NCBI GenBank assembly: GCA_036170915.1
Contig: JAVHQC010000035.1
Location: forward strand, 128,001 to 192,000
Source of the DNA: Cyanobacteria bacterium auto_48_18
Lineage (GTDB): Bacteria > Cyanobacteriota > Vampirovibrionia > Obscuribacterales > Obscuribacteraceae
DNA length: 64,000 nucleotides
Reading direction: 5' to 3'
The stretch's first letter is position 1; each line of letters opens with the position of its first letter. The notes beneath the pieces were generated by a model that made no database searches, had not been told where the DNA came from, and was given only the letters and a program-made list of their open reading frames with translations. Below are positions 1 to 9,299 of the stretch, one piece after another. A program made the position numbers and the translations under genes.

Positions 1-1725
1 CTGGGCAGCTCCAACCAGCTTTTCAGCCAAGATGCTTTCAGCCGTAGTTCATTCAATGTGAGCGGCTCAGGAAGCATGGCTAAGTCTGCCTTTGAAGGTG
101 CTGGTCATTTGTCTGGGCCTGGTATGTCAAATGGCATTCCTCAAGGCCAGATTGCCGGCAACAATCGCTTGTTCAGCGACAGCCTCGGTGGCGGCCAGAG
201 CTTGAACTCGCAGACTATGGCCCAGTCAGTGCCTATTCAATCGACTATTCAGACACCACTTCAAACAGCTAACGCCTCTTCGCTCAATGTCAGCGGATCA
301 ACATTTGGCGAACCCATTAATAATGACTTGCTCGCCATGGGCAACACCAACGACTCCTTCCAGTCTACTGTTGGCAGCATGAAGCACGATCTGGGAGCAG
401 GTCAAATCAAGGGTGGAGCAGAAAATCTTGGTGGACTGAAAGCTAAATCACTCAGTCTAGACGGGCACAACGGTGACCTCAAAGCAGACAGTCTGGGCGA
501 CAAGCATGCATTACCCAAGCATGATGTCAGCCACAAAGTAGAAGCAAAAACCGAAATGGCAAAGGCCGATCACAAGGTTGATGCCAAACATGAAACCGCT
601 CGTACTCACAAAACATTCGACCGTGTTTCTCATTCAGTCAAGCCGAGCCATCAAAATGTGCAAGCAGCTAAGCCAGCAACGGCCACTACTGCCAGTCACG
701 CTGCCGCTAAATCAGCAGCCCCAGCTCAGATTGAAACACAACAAGCTGAAGTTGCCGGCCAGCCAGAGCAGCCATTGAGTGAACAACAGCAATTTGAACA
801 GCAACAAATGCAACAGCAACAAGTTGCCCAGAATGGCGACGTCAATCAAGCGCAACCAGAAGGCGGCGATGCTCAAACCGCGCCTGTGGAGCCACGCAGC
901 TACACCATTCGTTCAGGCGACAACCTGTGGAATATCGCCAAAGACAATCTCGGTAATGCCAGCAAATGGTCAGATATTTATAAAATGAATTCTGATGTGC
1001 TTGGCGCTAATCCTGATTTGATCAGACCAGGTACCACCATTCAGTTGCCTGGCGCTGACGCAGCCGCCTCCGCTTCAACCAATGTTGCCCATTACACTGT
1101 GCAGCCTGGTGACAATCTCTGGGATATTGCCCACGAGCAACTGGGCGACGCCACCAAATGGGGTGATATCTACAAAGCCAATAGTGAAATTATTGGTTCT
1201 AATCCATCCATGATTCATCCTGGCCAAGAGCTCTCATTGGGTGGCACTGCCGATCCGTCAATGCAGCTTTCGAGCGCCGCTCAACCAGCTCCAACTCTGG
1301 CATCCGCCGACCCAGGCGCTGCTGCCGGCACAACTAATGTAAACATCAACCCTTCGGGCGCTGAGGCTCAAGCTCAAGTTGCTCAATCACCAACCGATTC
1401 TTACGGTGCCGAAGCCGGCATGCCAGATCAGGCCATGCCTGGTGAGACACTGCAAGCACAGCAACCACAGATGCAAACACAGTCTGGATACAACACTGGC
1501 GCCACCACTTCATCTACTTCGTACAGCAATTATGATGCCATTCGCTCAAACCATCAGTTGCCTGATCCTGCCAGCTTAGGCGAGAAGGTCATTCCTGCTA
1601 AGGCTCAACCTGACGCAATTATTCAGCCGGCTCAAGCTGCCACTCAAAATATGTTCGCCACAAAGCCTGTGGTTAACACTAACCTGGCCAATGACATGCT
1701 TAGCTTCTTAAAGAAACGCCGTTAA
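1..1725 (+). CDS. Two-LysM peptidoglycan-binding protein with low-complexity Q/A/S-rich linkers (5' end probably outside window)
   Basis: Frame is open from base 1. Two LysM repeats: YTIRSGDNLWNIAK..WSDIYKMN..PDLIRPGTTIQLP and YTVQPGDNLWDIAH..WGDIYKAN..PSMIHPGQELSL. Confidence 0.8.
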   Translation: MGSSNQLFSQDAFSRSSFNVSGSGSMAKSAFEGAGHLSGPGMSNGIPQGQIAGNNRLFSDSLGGGQSLNSQTMAQSVPIQSTIQTPLQTANASSLNVSGSTFGEPINNDLLAMGNTNDSFQSTVGSMKHDLGAGQIKGGAENLGGLKAKSLSLDGHNGDLKADSLGDKHALPKHDVSHKVEAKTEMAKADHKVDAKHETARTHKTFDRVSHSVKPSHQNVQAAKPATATTASHAAAKSAAPAQIETQQAEVAGQPEQPLSEQQQFEQQQMQQQQVAQNGDVNQAQPEGGDAQTAPVEPRSYTIRSGDNLWNIAKDNLGNASKWSDIYKMNSDVLGANPDLIRPGTTIQLPGADAAASASTNVAHYTVQPGDNLWDIAHEQLGDATKWGDIYKANSEIIGSNPSMIHPGQELSLGGTADPSMQLSSAAQPAPTLASADPGAAAGTTNVNINPSGAEAQAQVAQSPTDSYGAEAGMPDQAMPGETLQAQQPQMQTQSGYNTGATTSSTSYSNYDAIRSNHQLPDPASLGEKVIPAKAQPDAIIQPAQAATQNMFATKPVVNTNLANDMLSFLKKRR

Positions 1726-2830
1726 TCAATCTGGCTGCGGCAGTAACGCTTGTGATATCGGCCTGATTACCCTGGCAAAAAGGTTGCTTGGCAGTGCAAA
1801 ATACTGCGCTGAATAGTTTTTCTTGATCACTTTGCGAAAGTGTAGTCACGGCCGGTAACGCCACCACGGCTTTGCCTGCCGCCTTGGCTAATTGCAGGAG
1901 CTCACCCACGGCTTTACCGCTCAAAGACTGGTTATCCAGGCAACCTTCAGCCACCACAACCATGTCACACCAGTTCAATTTTTCAGTCAAATTTATTCTT
2001 TCGGCGAGCCAGTGAAAACCTGATACAAAGCTCGCTGAAAGTGCCGTTGCCAGGCCAAAACCGGCTCCACCAGCGGCGCCCGCTCCTGGGGCGTCACGCA
2101 ATGAAAATCGCTTATTGGCGGCGGTAGCGGCATCGAGCATGTCGGCAAAGTGAGCTAAGCCTTGCTCAAGCAATAACACCTGTTGGGGGGTGGCACCTTT
2201 TTGCGGTGCAAAAACAGCAGCAGCCCCGCTTGCACCTAAAAGCGGACTGACCACATCAGTGGCTATAACAAAGCTCACTGCTGCAGTTTTCTCTTTCAAA
2301 ACAGCCAGATCGATATACTCAATATCAGTCAAGCTACCGCCACCAAATATAGTGCTTTGACCCTGCGAATTTAGAAATTTGGCACCAAGCGCCACCAGTA
2401 TGGCAGTGCCACCATCAGTAGAGGCACTACCACCAAGAGTAATGACAATTTTTCGAGCTCCGCTTTCAATGGCGTGAGCAATTAATTCACCGGTACCGTA
2501 TGTATGAGCAGTCAGTGGTGCAAGTTCATCAGTTTGAAGATGGGCTATTCCACTGGCCTGGGCCAGTTCGATGCAGGCTGTATCTTTCAATAACAGATAT
2601 GCGGCTTTCAAAGGCTTGGAAGTGGGGCCTGAAACTGTTTGATAAACCAGCTCTCCACCAGCTGCTAGTTGCAAACAAGCAAGAGTGTCATCGCCACCAT
2701 CAGCCACGGGAGCAAGCTCAATCTGATTGAGACCTGGAGTCTGCCCATTGATTCCCACCTCAATGGCCGTGGCCAGGGTGGAGGCGGCAATGGTGCCCTT
2801 GTAGGCGCAGGGCGCTATCAATATTTTCAT
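1700..2830 (-). CDS. glxK: Glycerate kinase (GlxK/GarK family)
   Basis: Starts MKILIAPCAYKGT. Motifs PVADGGDDT, IELAQASG, TYGTGELI, GGSASTDGG, FAPQKGA, GAGAAGG. Start moved to the ATG at 2830. Confidence 0.9.
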   Translation of the reverse strand: MKILIAPCAYKGTIAASTLATAIEVGINGQTPGLNQIELAPVADGGDDTLACLQLAAGGELVYQTVSGPTSKPLKAAYLLLKDTACIELAQASGIAHLQTDELAPLTAHTYGTGELIAHAIESGARKIVITLGGSASTDGGTAILVALGAKFLNSQGQSTIFGGGSLTDIEYIDLAVLKEKTAAVSFVIATDVVSPLLGASGAAAVFAPQKGATPQQVLLLEQGLAHFADMLDAATAANKRFSLRDAPGAGAAGGAGFGLATALSASFVSGFHWLAERINLTEKLNWCDMVVVAEGCLDNQSLSGKAVGELLQLAKAAGKAVVALPAVTTLSQSDQEKLFSAVFCTAKQPFCQGNQADITSVTAAARLINGVSLRS

Positions 2831-2920
2831 AGCATCCTTAATCTTGGGTTTTGATAGTTTATCCGACACTAGCTGGTGGCAAGTTATAGATAGCGAAAGT
2901 TTTTGAATGGAGTTTTTAAA

Positions 2921-3379
2921 ATGCCAAGACGTGAAGAAGTGAAAAATCTTTTGACTAATATGCAATCAGCCATCGGACCAGATTCGCTGCATCGCAGATT
3001 AGATCTGGCACCTTATAAAGTTGCACGTGCCTGGCCAGGAAAACCATATTTACTCATAGGTAATTCTTATAATGCCGAAAAAGCAGTGCGTGGCAGGTCT
3101 AAAAAAAGAACCGCTGCGATAAGTGCATTACTAGCTCAAGCCGGGGCACGCAATTGCGTCAAAATAGGCGATGCCCTGAAAAACGAAGACTTCGTCAATA
3201 CTTTGAGTCGCTTTGAACATGACTGGCTGAAAAGAGAGCATGCTTCTACATTAATTGGGCCAGCTTATGATGATCAAGGCAATATTCTGCCTCAAAGCTT
3301 TGCTGTCTGGCGCAGACTTTATGCGGCTAAGCCCACAGATTCGAATAAAACCTTAGTTCTGGCGGCCTTGCCGAGCTGA
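2921..3379 (+). CDS. Hypothetical protein (152 aa)
   Basis: ORF with GGAG before the ATG at 2921. Fills the gap between glxK and rpiB. No recognised motif. Confidence 0.55.
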   Translation: MPRREEVKNLLTNMQSAIGPDSLHRRLDLAPYKVARAWPGKPYLLIGNSYNAEKAVRGRSKKRTAAISALLAQAGARNCVKIGDALKNEDFVNTLSRFEHDWLKREHASTLIGPAYDDQGNILPQSFAVWRRLYAAKPTDSNKTLVLAALPS

Positions 3380-3436
3380 AAAAAACTGAGTTCGAACTTA
3401 GTTTTTCAGAAAAATACCTCCGGAGGTATATTTTCT
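3376..3436. terminator. Two adjacent palindromes between convergent genes; probable bidirectional terminator
   Basis: ctgaaaaaaactgagttc|gaacttagtttttcag (3376-3409) and perfect atacctcc|ggaggtat (3414-3429), flanked by agaaaa/ttttct. Confidence 0.55.
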
Positions 3437-3438
3437 AA

Positions 3439-3915
3439 CTAGTGCATCCCCTGCTCACCCGCCCGTGGTTGCTCAATTTTATCCACTCGGCGAGCATGGC
3501 GGCCGCCTTCAAAATCGGTAGTCAGCCAGGCTGCGATAATGGCCTGTGCCTGCTCGCTATTCGTAGTGCGGCCGGCCAAACAGAGAACATTGGCATTATT
3601 ATGCTGTCTGGAAAGTTTGGCTGTTTCCACATCACCTATCAAAGCCGCTCTCACTCTGCGTACTTTGTTGGCGACAATTGATACTCCCACTCCAGACCCG
3701 CAAACGAGAATGCCTTTCTCACATGTACCGTGAGATACAGCATCGGCCACTTTACGAGCATAGTCAGGATAATCGCAAGAATCGAGCGAAAAGGTACCAA
3801 AGTCTTCTACTGCAAGACCCTGCTCGGCAAGCATCTTCTTAATCGCTTCTTTCAATTCAAAGCCGGCATGATCGCTACCAAGAGCGATTGCTGTTGAATT
3901 ACTTTCTGAATTCAA
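3439..3915 (-). CDS. rpiB: Ribose-5-phosphate isomerase B
   Basis: GSDHAG, DYPD, CGSGVG, ANKV, SRQHNNANVL, FEGGRHARRV motifs. Confidence 0.95.
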   Translation of the reverse strand: MNSESNSTAIALGSDHAGFELKEAIKKMLAEQGLAVEDFGTFSLDSCDYPDYARKVADAVSHGTCEKGILVCGSGVGVSIVANKVRRVRAALIGDVETAKLSRQHNNANVLCLAGRTTNSEQAQAIIAAWLTTDFEGGRHARRVDKIEQPRAGEQGMH

Positions 3916-3985
3916 AATTTAGTCCTTTATAACGGCTTTATAGTGGTTTACTAAAAGCACCATTTATGGTGGCAGAATCTTTTTT

Positions 3986-4837
3986 TCAAGAATAAACCGG
4001 CAGGCGTTTATAACTTATCTGGCCAACGTTATTAGGCGCCTCAAAAGTATCTGCCGTTTCCACCATTTCTTTGATGCGATCGACTCTGAATAAAAGCATC
4101 TCACTGCGTTCGTGGCAGTAGGCCACCATGCGCCAGTTACCCTGCTCTTTTATCATAATCAACGGATTAAGCGTAACAGTGTCTACTGATTCACGCAAGA
4201 AGCTGTAGTACTGCACTCGTACACTCAGATGATTGATCATCGCTTTTTCCAGCACCGGCAGAGTTTTGTCGGTGGCATACATGGGAAATTCAATCTGAGC
4301 ATAATGGGCTGCGTCTAATTCAAGACTTCTGGCAAAATGGTCTTTCTGAGCGCCCTGGCTGTCCATTTTGGGAAAGTCGAGGGGCAGCTTGTCATAATCG
4401 ATATTGATGTCATCCATCATATTGTGGTCGTCTTCTGTAATAGAACGCCGCAAAGCCTGCAAATCTTCTTCGTTATAAGAATCAAGGAACGAATCGGTAT
4501 CTTGCATATTTAAGGCCAGTGCATCGGAGACGTAAGAGTAATCGTCTTCCATTTCCCCTTCACCCAGCACCGAATCAACAATGGCATCTGCCAGCTCATT
4601 GGAGAGGTGCGAAACCTCGATGGAGACCATGGCGCTCAACTTGCCGATAATCTCTTTGATTAACTCATCGCGCTCTTGAGCGTGAATAGTAACGCCGGCC
4701 ACAAGCTTGTCCAGTAATCTGGCACTGGTAAGAAGAAGTAAGCCTTCTTCTTTAGTAAATTCAAGAGTGAACTTTTCGTTCAGTTCATTGTCTTTGAATT
4801 TGTCTCGACCGTTGTTATTTTCTGCCCTGTCGTGCAT
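3986..4837 (-). CDS. WYL-domain protein with an acidic, non-HTH N-terminal region
   Basis: C-terminal AMINHLSVRVQY..LNPL..GNWRMVAYCHER..FRVDRIKEM matches the WYL domain pattern. Confidence 0.8.
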   Translation of the reverse strand: MHDRAENNNGRDKFKDNELNEKFTLEFTKEEGLLLLTSARLLDKLVAGVTIHAQERDELIKEIIGKLSAMVSIEVSHLSNELADAIVDSVLGEGEMEDDYSYVSDALALNMQDTDSFLDSYNEEDLQALRRSITEDDHNMMDDINIDYDKLPLDFPKMDSQGAQKDHFARSLELDAAHYAQIEFPMYATDKTLPVLEKAMINHLSVRVQYYSFLRESVDTVTLNPLIMIKEQGNWRMVAYCHERSEMLLFRVDRIKEMVETADTFEAPNNVGQISYKRLPVYS

Positions 4838-4992
4838 TTAATTGCCCTGCATGCCACATCAAACTAATCTTGTTGGTCATTGAAAATCAAAACAGATAAA
4901 CTCGAGCCATAGCTCTAGCCTAGCACTGCTTGTCAAGGGCGGGAAGACCTCAACCCAAAAAGGTCAATTAATTGGGTCTGGCGACCTATAAA

Positions 4993-6771
4993 TTACATCC
5001 GCTCTGGAGCTGACACGCCTATTATGCCCAGTGCGTTGCTTAAAACCTGCTTAGTTGCAAAAATTAGTCCCAGTCTTGCTTTCGAGACTGATAATTGATC
5101 AGTTATTACTCTAGAAACTTCATAGAATTTCTGCAAATCATTAGCCAGCTCATAGGCATAACGTGCCAGACGGCCAGGCAAACGTGTTTTGAGAGCTTCT
5201 TCAACCTCTTCTGGAAATAACTCCAGTCGAGCAATCAGGGCTTTTTGATGCCCTGCTATGGTCGAGTCAGAATCAAACAGAGCAGTAAATACTTCTCCAC
5301 CAGATTGATACTCCTGCAAAAATTCATGCCATTGAGCTTGTGAAAATGGTGGCTGGTCTGTTTTACCAGTTTCAGCGTTGACTACGGGCTCCATAGCGCG
5401 ACGCAAAATGGCACAGCAACGAGCATGTGCATACTGAATATAAAATGCAGGATTTTCGCGGCTGGTTTTCTTAGCCAGATCCAGGTCAAAATTGATGGCA
5501 TTTTGCGGGCTCGATTCAGCCAGATAATATCTGGTGGCGTCCACTCCAACTTCTTCCACAACTTCGCTGAGCATAATCACTGTGCCTGCGCGCTTCGACA
5601 TTTTGACAATCTGACCGTCGCGGCTCAGATTAACCATTTGCGTCAGCACCACTTCAAGCTTGGAAGGATCCTGCCCCAGGGCACGCACAGCACCTTTCAG
5701 CCCAGGTACCTGACCATGGTGATCAGCGCCCCAGATGTTGATCACAATGTCATAACCGCGGCGATATTTTTCCAGGTGATAGGCAGCATCATTGGCTAAA
5801 TAAGTGGTGGCACCGGTTGATTTACGCAATACACGATCGCGCTCATCGCCTAATTCTTGCGCCTTCAACCAGTAAGCGCCGTCTTTTTCGTAAGTAAATC
5901 CGTGTTTGTCGAACTCTTTCAAAACATCGGCCACTTTGCCGCTGGCATGCAGACTGCGTTCTGAATACCAGTCATCGAATTCGATACCAAGATTTTTCAA
6001 AAGTGTTTTTTGATTTTCAATAATCAAATCTTTGACCAGATCGCCCACCACTGACGGCCCCTGTTCACCTGATTGCAAATATTGATCGCCGTGCGCGTCC
6101 ACTACTTTCTGCACAAAATCGCGTAAAAATTCTTCAGGATATCCTTCGGCAGGATACTCAACCTCTTTGCCCAGCAAGCGTTGATAAAGAGCCCATGCGC
6201 ATCTTCCAAGATGCAAAATTTGCTCGCCATAATCATTGACATAAAATTCTTGATCGACGTGATAGCCGCCGAACTTCATCAAATTTGAAAGGCAACTACC
6301 AAAAACCGCATTACGACCGTGCCCAATATGCAATTCGCCCGTAGGATTGGCTGATACATACTCAACTAAAACTTTTTTTCCTGCGCCTTTAACTGAGCGG
6401 CCGTAATCGGCAGTTTGGCAATGGACTTGAGAAATAACGTCAGTGAGCCAGACAGTGCCCAATGTAAAGTTGATAAATCCGGGCGCGGCCACCGTTATTT
6501 TGGCTATTGCACCACTTTCAACGGCTTTACTTTTGCCAATATATTCTGCCAATGTCTCGGCAATACGCAGTGGCGATGTTTTGACAAGCGCAGCCATTTT
6601 AAGGGCCATGCCGCAAGCGAAATCACCATGTTCTGCCGACTTTGGCTTTTCGATAACAATGGCAACAGCGCCATTTTCGGCCTCGGCTTTTGTCAGAGGG
6701 CCCATCTTGCCGTTATCACAGGCCTCAAACAAGGCCTGTTCAACAATCTCGGCCAATTTCTCCTTGATCAT
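4993..6771 (-). CDS. argS: Arginine--tRNA ligase
   Basis: VEYVSANPTGELHIGHGR (HIGH), GADHHG, KMSKRAG, YIQYAHAR, C-terminal APERM. Confidence 0.97.
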   Translation of the reverse strand: MIKEKLAEIVEQALFEACDNGKMGPLTKAEAENGAVAIVIEKPKSAEHGDFACGMALKMAALVKTSPLRIAETLAEYIGKSKAVESGAIAKITVAAPGFINFTLGTVWLTDVISQVHCQTADYGRSVKGAGKKVLVEYVSANPTGELHIGHGRNAVFGSCLSNLMKFGGYHVDQEFYVNDYGEQILHLGRCAWALYQRLLGKEVEYPAEGYPEEFLRDFVQKVVDAHGDQYLQSGEQGPSVVGDLVKDLIIENQKTLLKNLGIEFDDWYSERSLHASGKVADVLKEFDKHGFTYEKDGAYWLKAQELGDERDRVLRKSTGATTYLANDAAYHLEKYRRGYDIVINIWGADHHGQVPGLKGAVRALGQDPSKLEVVLTQMVNLSRDGQIVKMSKRAGTVIMLSEVVEEVGVDATRYYLAESSPQNAINFDLDLAKKTSRENPAFYIQYAHARCCAILRRAMEPVVNAETGKTDQPPFSQAQWHEFLQEYQSGGEVFTALFDSDSTIAGHQKALIARLELFPEEVEEALKTRLPGRLARYAYELANDLQKFYEVSRVITDQLSVSKARLGLIFATKQVLSNALGIIGVSAPERM

Positions 6772-6890
6772 CGCTTATATACTTCCAAAGTTTCAGGCCA
6801 CGTTTCTGGCAGGGTTTCCTGGCTCATGATATTACATTCATGGGTGGGTTCCAGCTTCCGTGTAGGAGCTTGAAGCAAGTTCGGTATCAT

Positions 6891-7484
6891 ATGAAAATGA
6901 AAATGCCTGAAAAAATCAAAATATTGAATCTTGACTTTGTTCTGCTGGCAGGTCTACTGCCTCTGAGCATCTCGCTGGTCACCGCTTTGCCGCTGCAAGC
7001 ACAAGGCCCGAGCGCCAAAGGCAAAGCCCCAGCATCTAAGTCTGGTGGTGTCATAGACCCATCTGTAATTGACCCTGTCAGGCAGCTGCAGTTGATTTCA
7101 GCGGCGGTTAAGGCCAGCCGCATGGAATTGTCGGCAATTGCCGCCGAACTGGACAAAGTCAACCTTGAGCTGGATAAATTTGAAGGCAAGCCAGCAAAGG
7201 ATATCGACCGTAAACAATTTACCGCTCTAGGTGATCGTTTCAACAACACTCTGGCTCGCAGTGAAGCTGTTGAGAAAAAAGTCAGCCAATCATTAGCCAA
7301 AAGCTTGAAAGATATAGGCAACGTCAAAGCGGCTCTTAAGCGCATTCAGTCGCAAAGATTGACTGACAAGAATGCAAAAAAGGTGTTGAGCGATAGTGAG
7401 TTGAAAGAGTGCCTGAAAGATCTTGGCGATCTCGACAAGACAGTGAGAGAGCTTCAGACCAGCTTGCAAGAACCGCAAAAATAA
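6891..7484 (+). CDS. Secreted coiled-coil hypothetical protein
   Basis: Signal-peptide-like N-terminus (…LLPLSISLVTALPLQA) followed by heptad-rich helices. A terminator follows. Confidence 0.65.
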   Translation: MKMKMPEKIKILNLDFVLLAGLLPLSISLVTALPLQAQGPSAKGKAPASKSGGVIDPSVIDPVRQLQLISAAVKASRMELSAIAAELDKVNLELDKFEGKPAKDIDRKQFTALGDRFNNTLARSEAVEKKVSQSLAKSLKDIGNVKAALKRIQSQRLTDKNAKKVLSDSELKECLKDLGDLDKTVRELQTSLQEPQK

Positions 7485-7497
7485 GTGCACAAATTAA

Positions 7498-7523
7498 GAC
7501 CGCCGGCTCCAAGACCGGCGGTC
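7498..7523. terminator. GC-rich hairpin between convergent genes
   Basis: gaccgccgg-ctccaaga-ccggcggtc, a perfect 9-bp stem. Confidence 0.65.
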
Positions 7524-7552
7524 ACACTTTATTGAACTTAGTTCAAAACTTT

Positions 7553-8107
7553 TTAAACGCCTTCAATCTCTTTGAGCAGGCTGAAAACCTGACTGAGAGC
7601 CAGATCATAATCAAGGCCATCGAGGCAATATCCGGTTTTTCCTTTGGCTTCGACTACGTCAAAGCGAGCAGTGTGCTCCATCTCATTGATGGTAATAAGC
7701 AAGCTGGAGCCGCCTGAAAATTGGCATGCAATTTCAGTTAGAGAAGGCAGAAATGTCGACGAGCCAATAGAACGATTTGAAATTCGACGTACATAAAGAT
7801 TCTTATTTCGCCAGTAAGACTCAGTCTCATTGCCGCGGTTGATCGAACCTGGCTGGGCATCACTGACCTGGCACCACTTCTGATTGACGGAAGCAATATC
7901 GCGTCTTTTGAGTGCAAGCAGACGGGCACCATACTGCACGGCAAGATCAATCAGCTTGCGATATTTCAATTCGTCGACGGCAGGTTCGCTGGCGAGCACC
8001 AGAGTACGAGGACTGAAAGCTGTTGATGTACGTTCACGCTCGACAAAGGGCAGAACGTTGGTGCTTACATATTGATTGACAGGTGCTGATGCAATTCCGG
8101 TGGTCAT
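7553..8107 (-). CDS. Hypothetical protein (184 aa)
   Basis: ORF with AAGGA upstream and a long upstream intergenic region. No recognised motif. Confidence 0.65.
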   Translation of the reverse strand: MTTGIASAPVNQYVSTNVLPFVERERTSTAFSPRTLVLASEPAVDELKYRKLIDLAVQYGARLLALKRRDIASVNQKWCQVSDAQPGSINRGNETESYWRNKNLYVRRISNRSIGSSTFLPSLTEIACQFSGGSSLLITINEMEHTARFDVVEAKGKTGYCLDGLDYDLALSQVFSLLKEIEGV

Positions 8108-8251
8108 TGAGTTTTCCTTATCTGGAAAATATCCAGGGCAAGACGCGCTTCCTTACTTACTAATTAAAGGTTGGAAGGAGCGGATATATTTGTAGAGGAG
8201 CGGCGTAACCAAAAAATTGCTTTAGTTCGTGCGTCCTATTAACAGTGAATC

Positions 8252-8257
8252 ATTATA
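8252..8257 (-). promoter_or_regulatory. Candidate sigma70 -10 element (TATAAT) for the 7553-8107 gene
   Basis: Minus strand reads ctcgTATAATga. No convincing -35. Confidence 0.35.
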
Positions 8258-8663
8258 CGAGATTAGTTGCCACCTGATCAGCAGCGCCGATCAGTTTTAA
8301 TGCTAGCCACCACTGATGGTGTTGCATCGCTAATTATGCAACTGCTCACTATCGTCAATGACGACTCGAGTAGGCATTGAGCATACACTGAAGAAATATA
8401 TTTGTTCAATTGAAAAATTGCCCATGTCCAAAAGATCTTCATAAAAGAAACTATCGATCACCTATTAGATATACGATCGAAATCTTTGCATCGTTTACAA
8501 ACAGTATTGATGAACAACGGCTCATAGTAAGGCTTTGCAGCCCCCTGCGCATTTACGAAAACCTGCATTTCGTTAATGAGAGAATGAACAACTAACGCAA
8601 CTTACTGATACAACCTACTAATAAAGTTGCAACCACTTTCATGGTTGTCGCGCACCACTAAAA

Positions 8664-8695
8664 CAAAAACACTATCTAAATAGATAGTGTTTTTG
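8664..8695. terminator. Perfect 15-bp inverted repeat downstream of the ECF operon
   Basis: caaaaacactatcta-aa-tagatagtgtttttg, about 50 bp after the stop of the Spy-like gene. Confidence 0.65.
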
Positions 8696-8747
8696 AAATA
8701 CGGAAAATAGAAAATTGAATATATGTAGTTCGAAAAAACAACTCGCT

Positions 8748-9299
8748 CTATTTATTTGGATTATCGATCGGCAGGACGTCACGCATGCGACGCATCAGGT
8801 TCTGAATTTTATCTGGCATTACTTCCGTCTGCGAGCCAGGGTTAAGCTGCGCTTTGCGATTTTGAATCATGATGCGCATCATGTCTTCCAACTGCTTCTG
8901 CTGCTTCTCGTCAAGAATTTTGCGTTTATTAAGGTAGTTTTGCATAGCAGCATTACTAAGCTGCGCTCTGCGCGATGCAATTGACTGCTGCATCGACAAT
9001 ATTTGAACCGGGTCAGCATTATGATCAGACAAAAGCTTTTGCAACTTCGACTGCTCATCGCGAATTTGCGGGCTCAGCTCATTGAAATCTTTGTACCACT
9101 GCTGCTCAAGCGTCTGGATTTGACCGCTTTGCACTGGTGTTAGATTGAGCTTAGTCCAGTCAACGCTGCATGAAGCCGAAGCGGCTGGCCCTTCTTGGGC
9201 GAGCCCGGGAGGTGCAAATTGAATAGTACACAAGGTTGCCACGAGAGCCGCAGAAAAAATAGCGCCGGCAGATTTTGCCGAACGAACACTATTCTTCAT
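8748..9299 (-). CDS. Spy/CpxP-family periplasmic helical chaperone (LTxxQ motif)
   Basis: Signal peptide, then KLNLTPVQ..ILDEKQQKQL motifs. Start overlaps the anti-sigma stop. Confidence 0.7.
   Translation of the reverse strand: MKNSVRSAKSAGAIFSAALVATLCTIQFAPPGLAQEGPAASASCSVDWTKLNLTPVQSGQIQTLEQQWYKDFNELSPQIRDEQSKLQKLLSDHNADPVQILSMQQSIASRRAQLSNAAMQNYLNKRKILDEKQQKQLEDMMRIMIQNRKAQLNPGSQTEVMPDKIQNLMRRMRDVLPIDNPNK

Noticed and set aside
2831..2965. N-terminal extension of the glycerate kinase ORF
   Set aside because: The family starts at MKILIAP, and the extension overlaps the divergent gene.
8410..8595. 61-aa ORF in the long intergenic region
   Set aside because: TTG start without an RBS and no recognisable features; not supportable as a gene.
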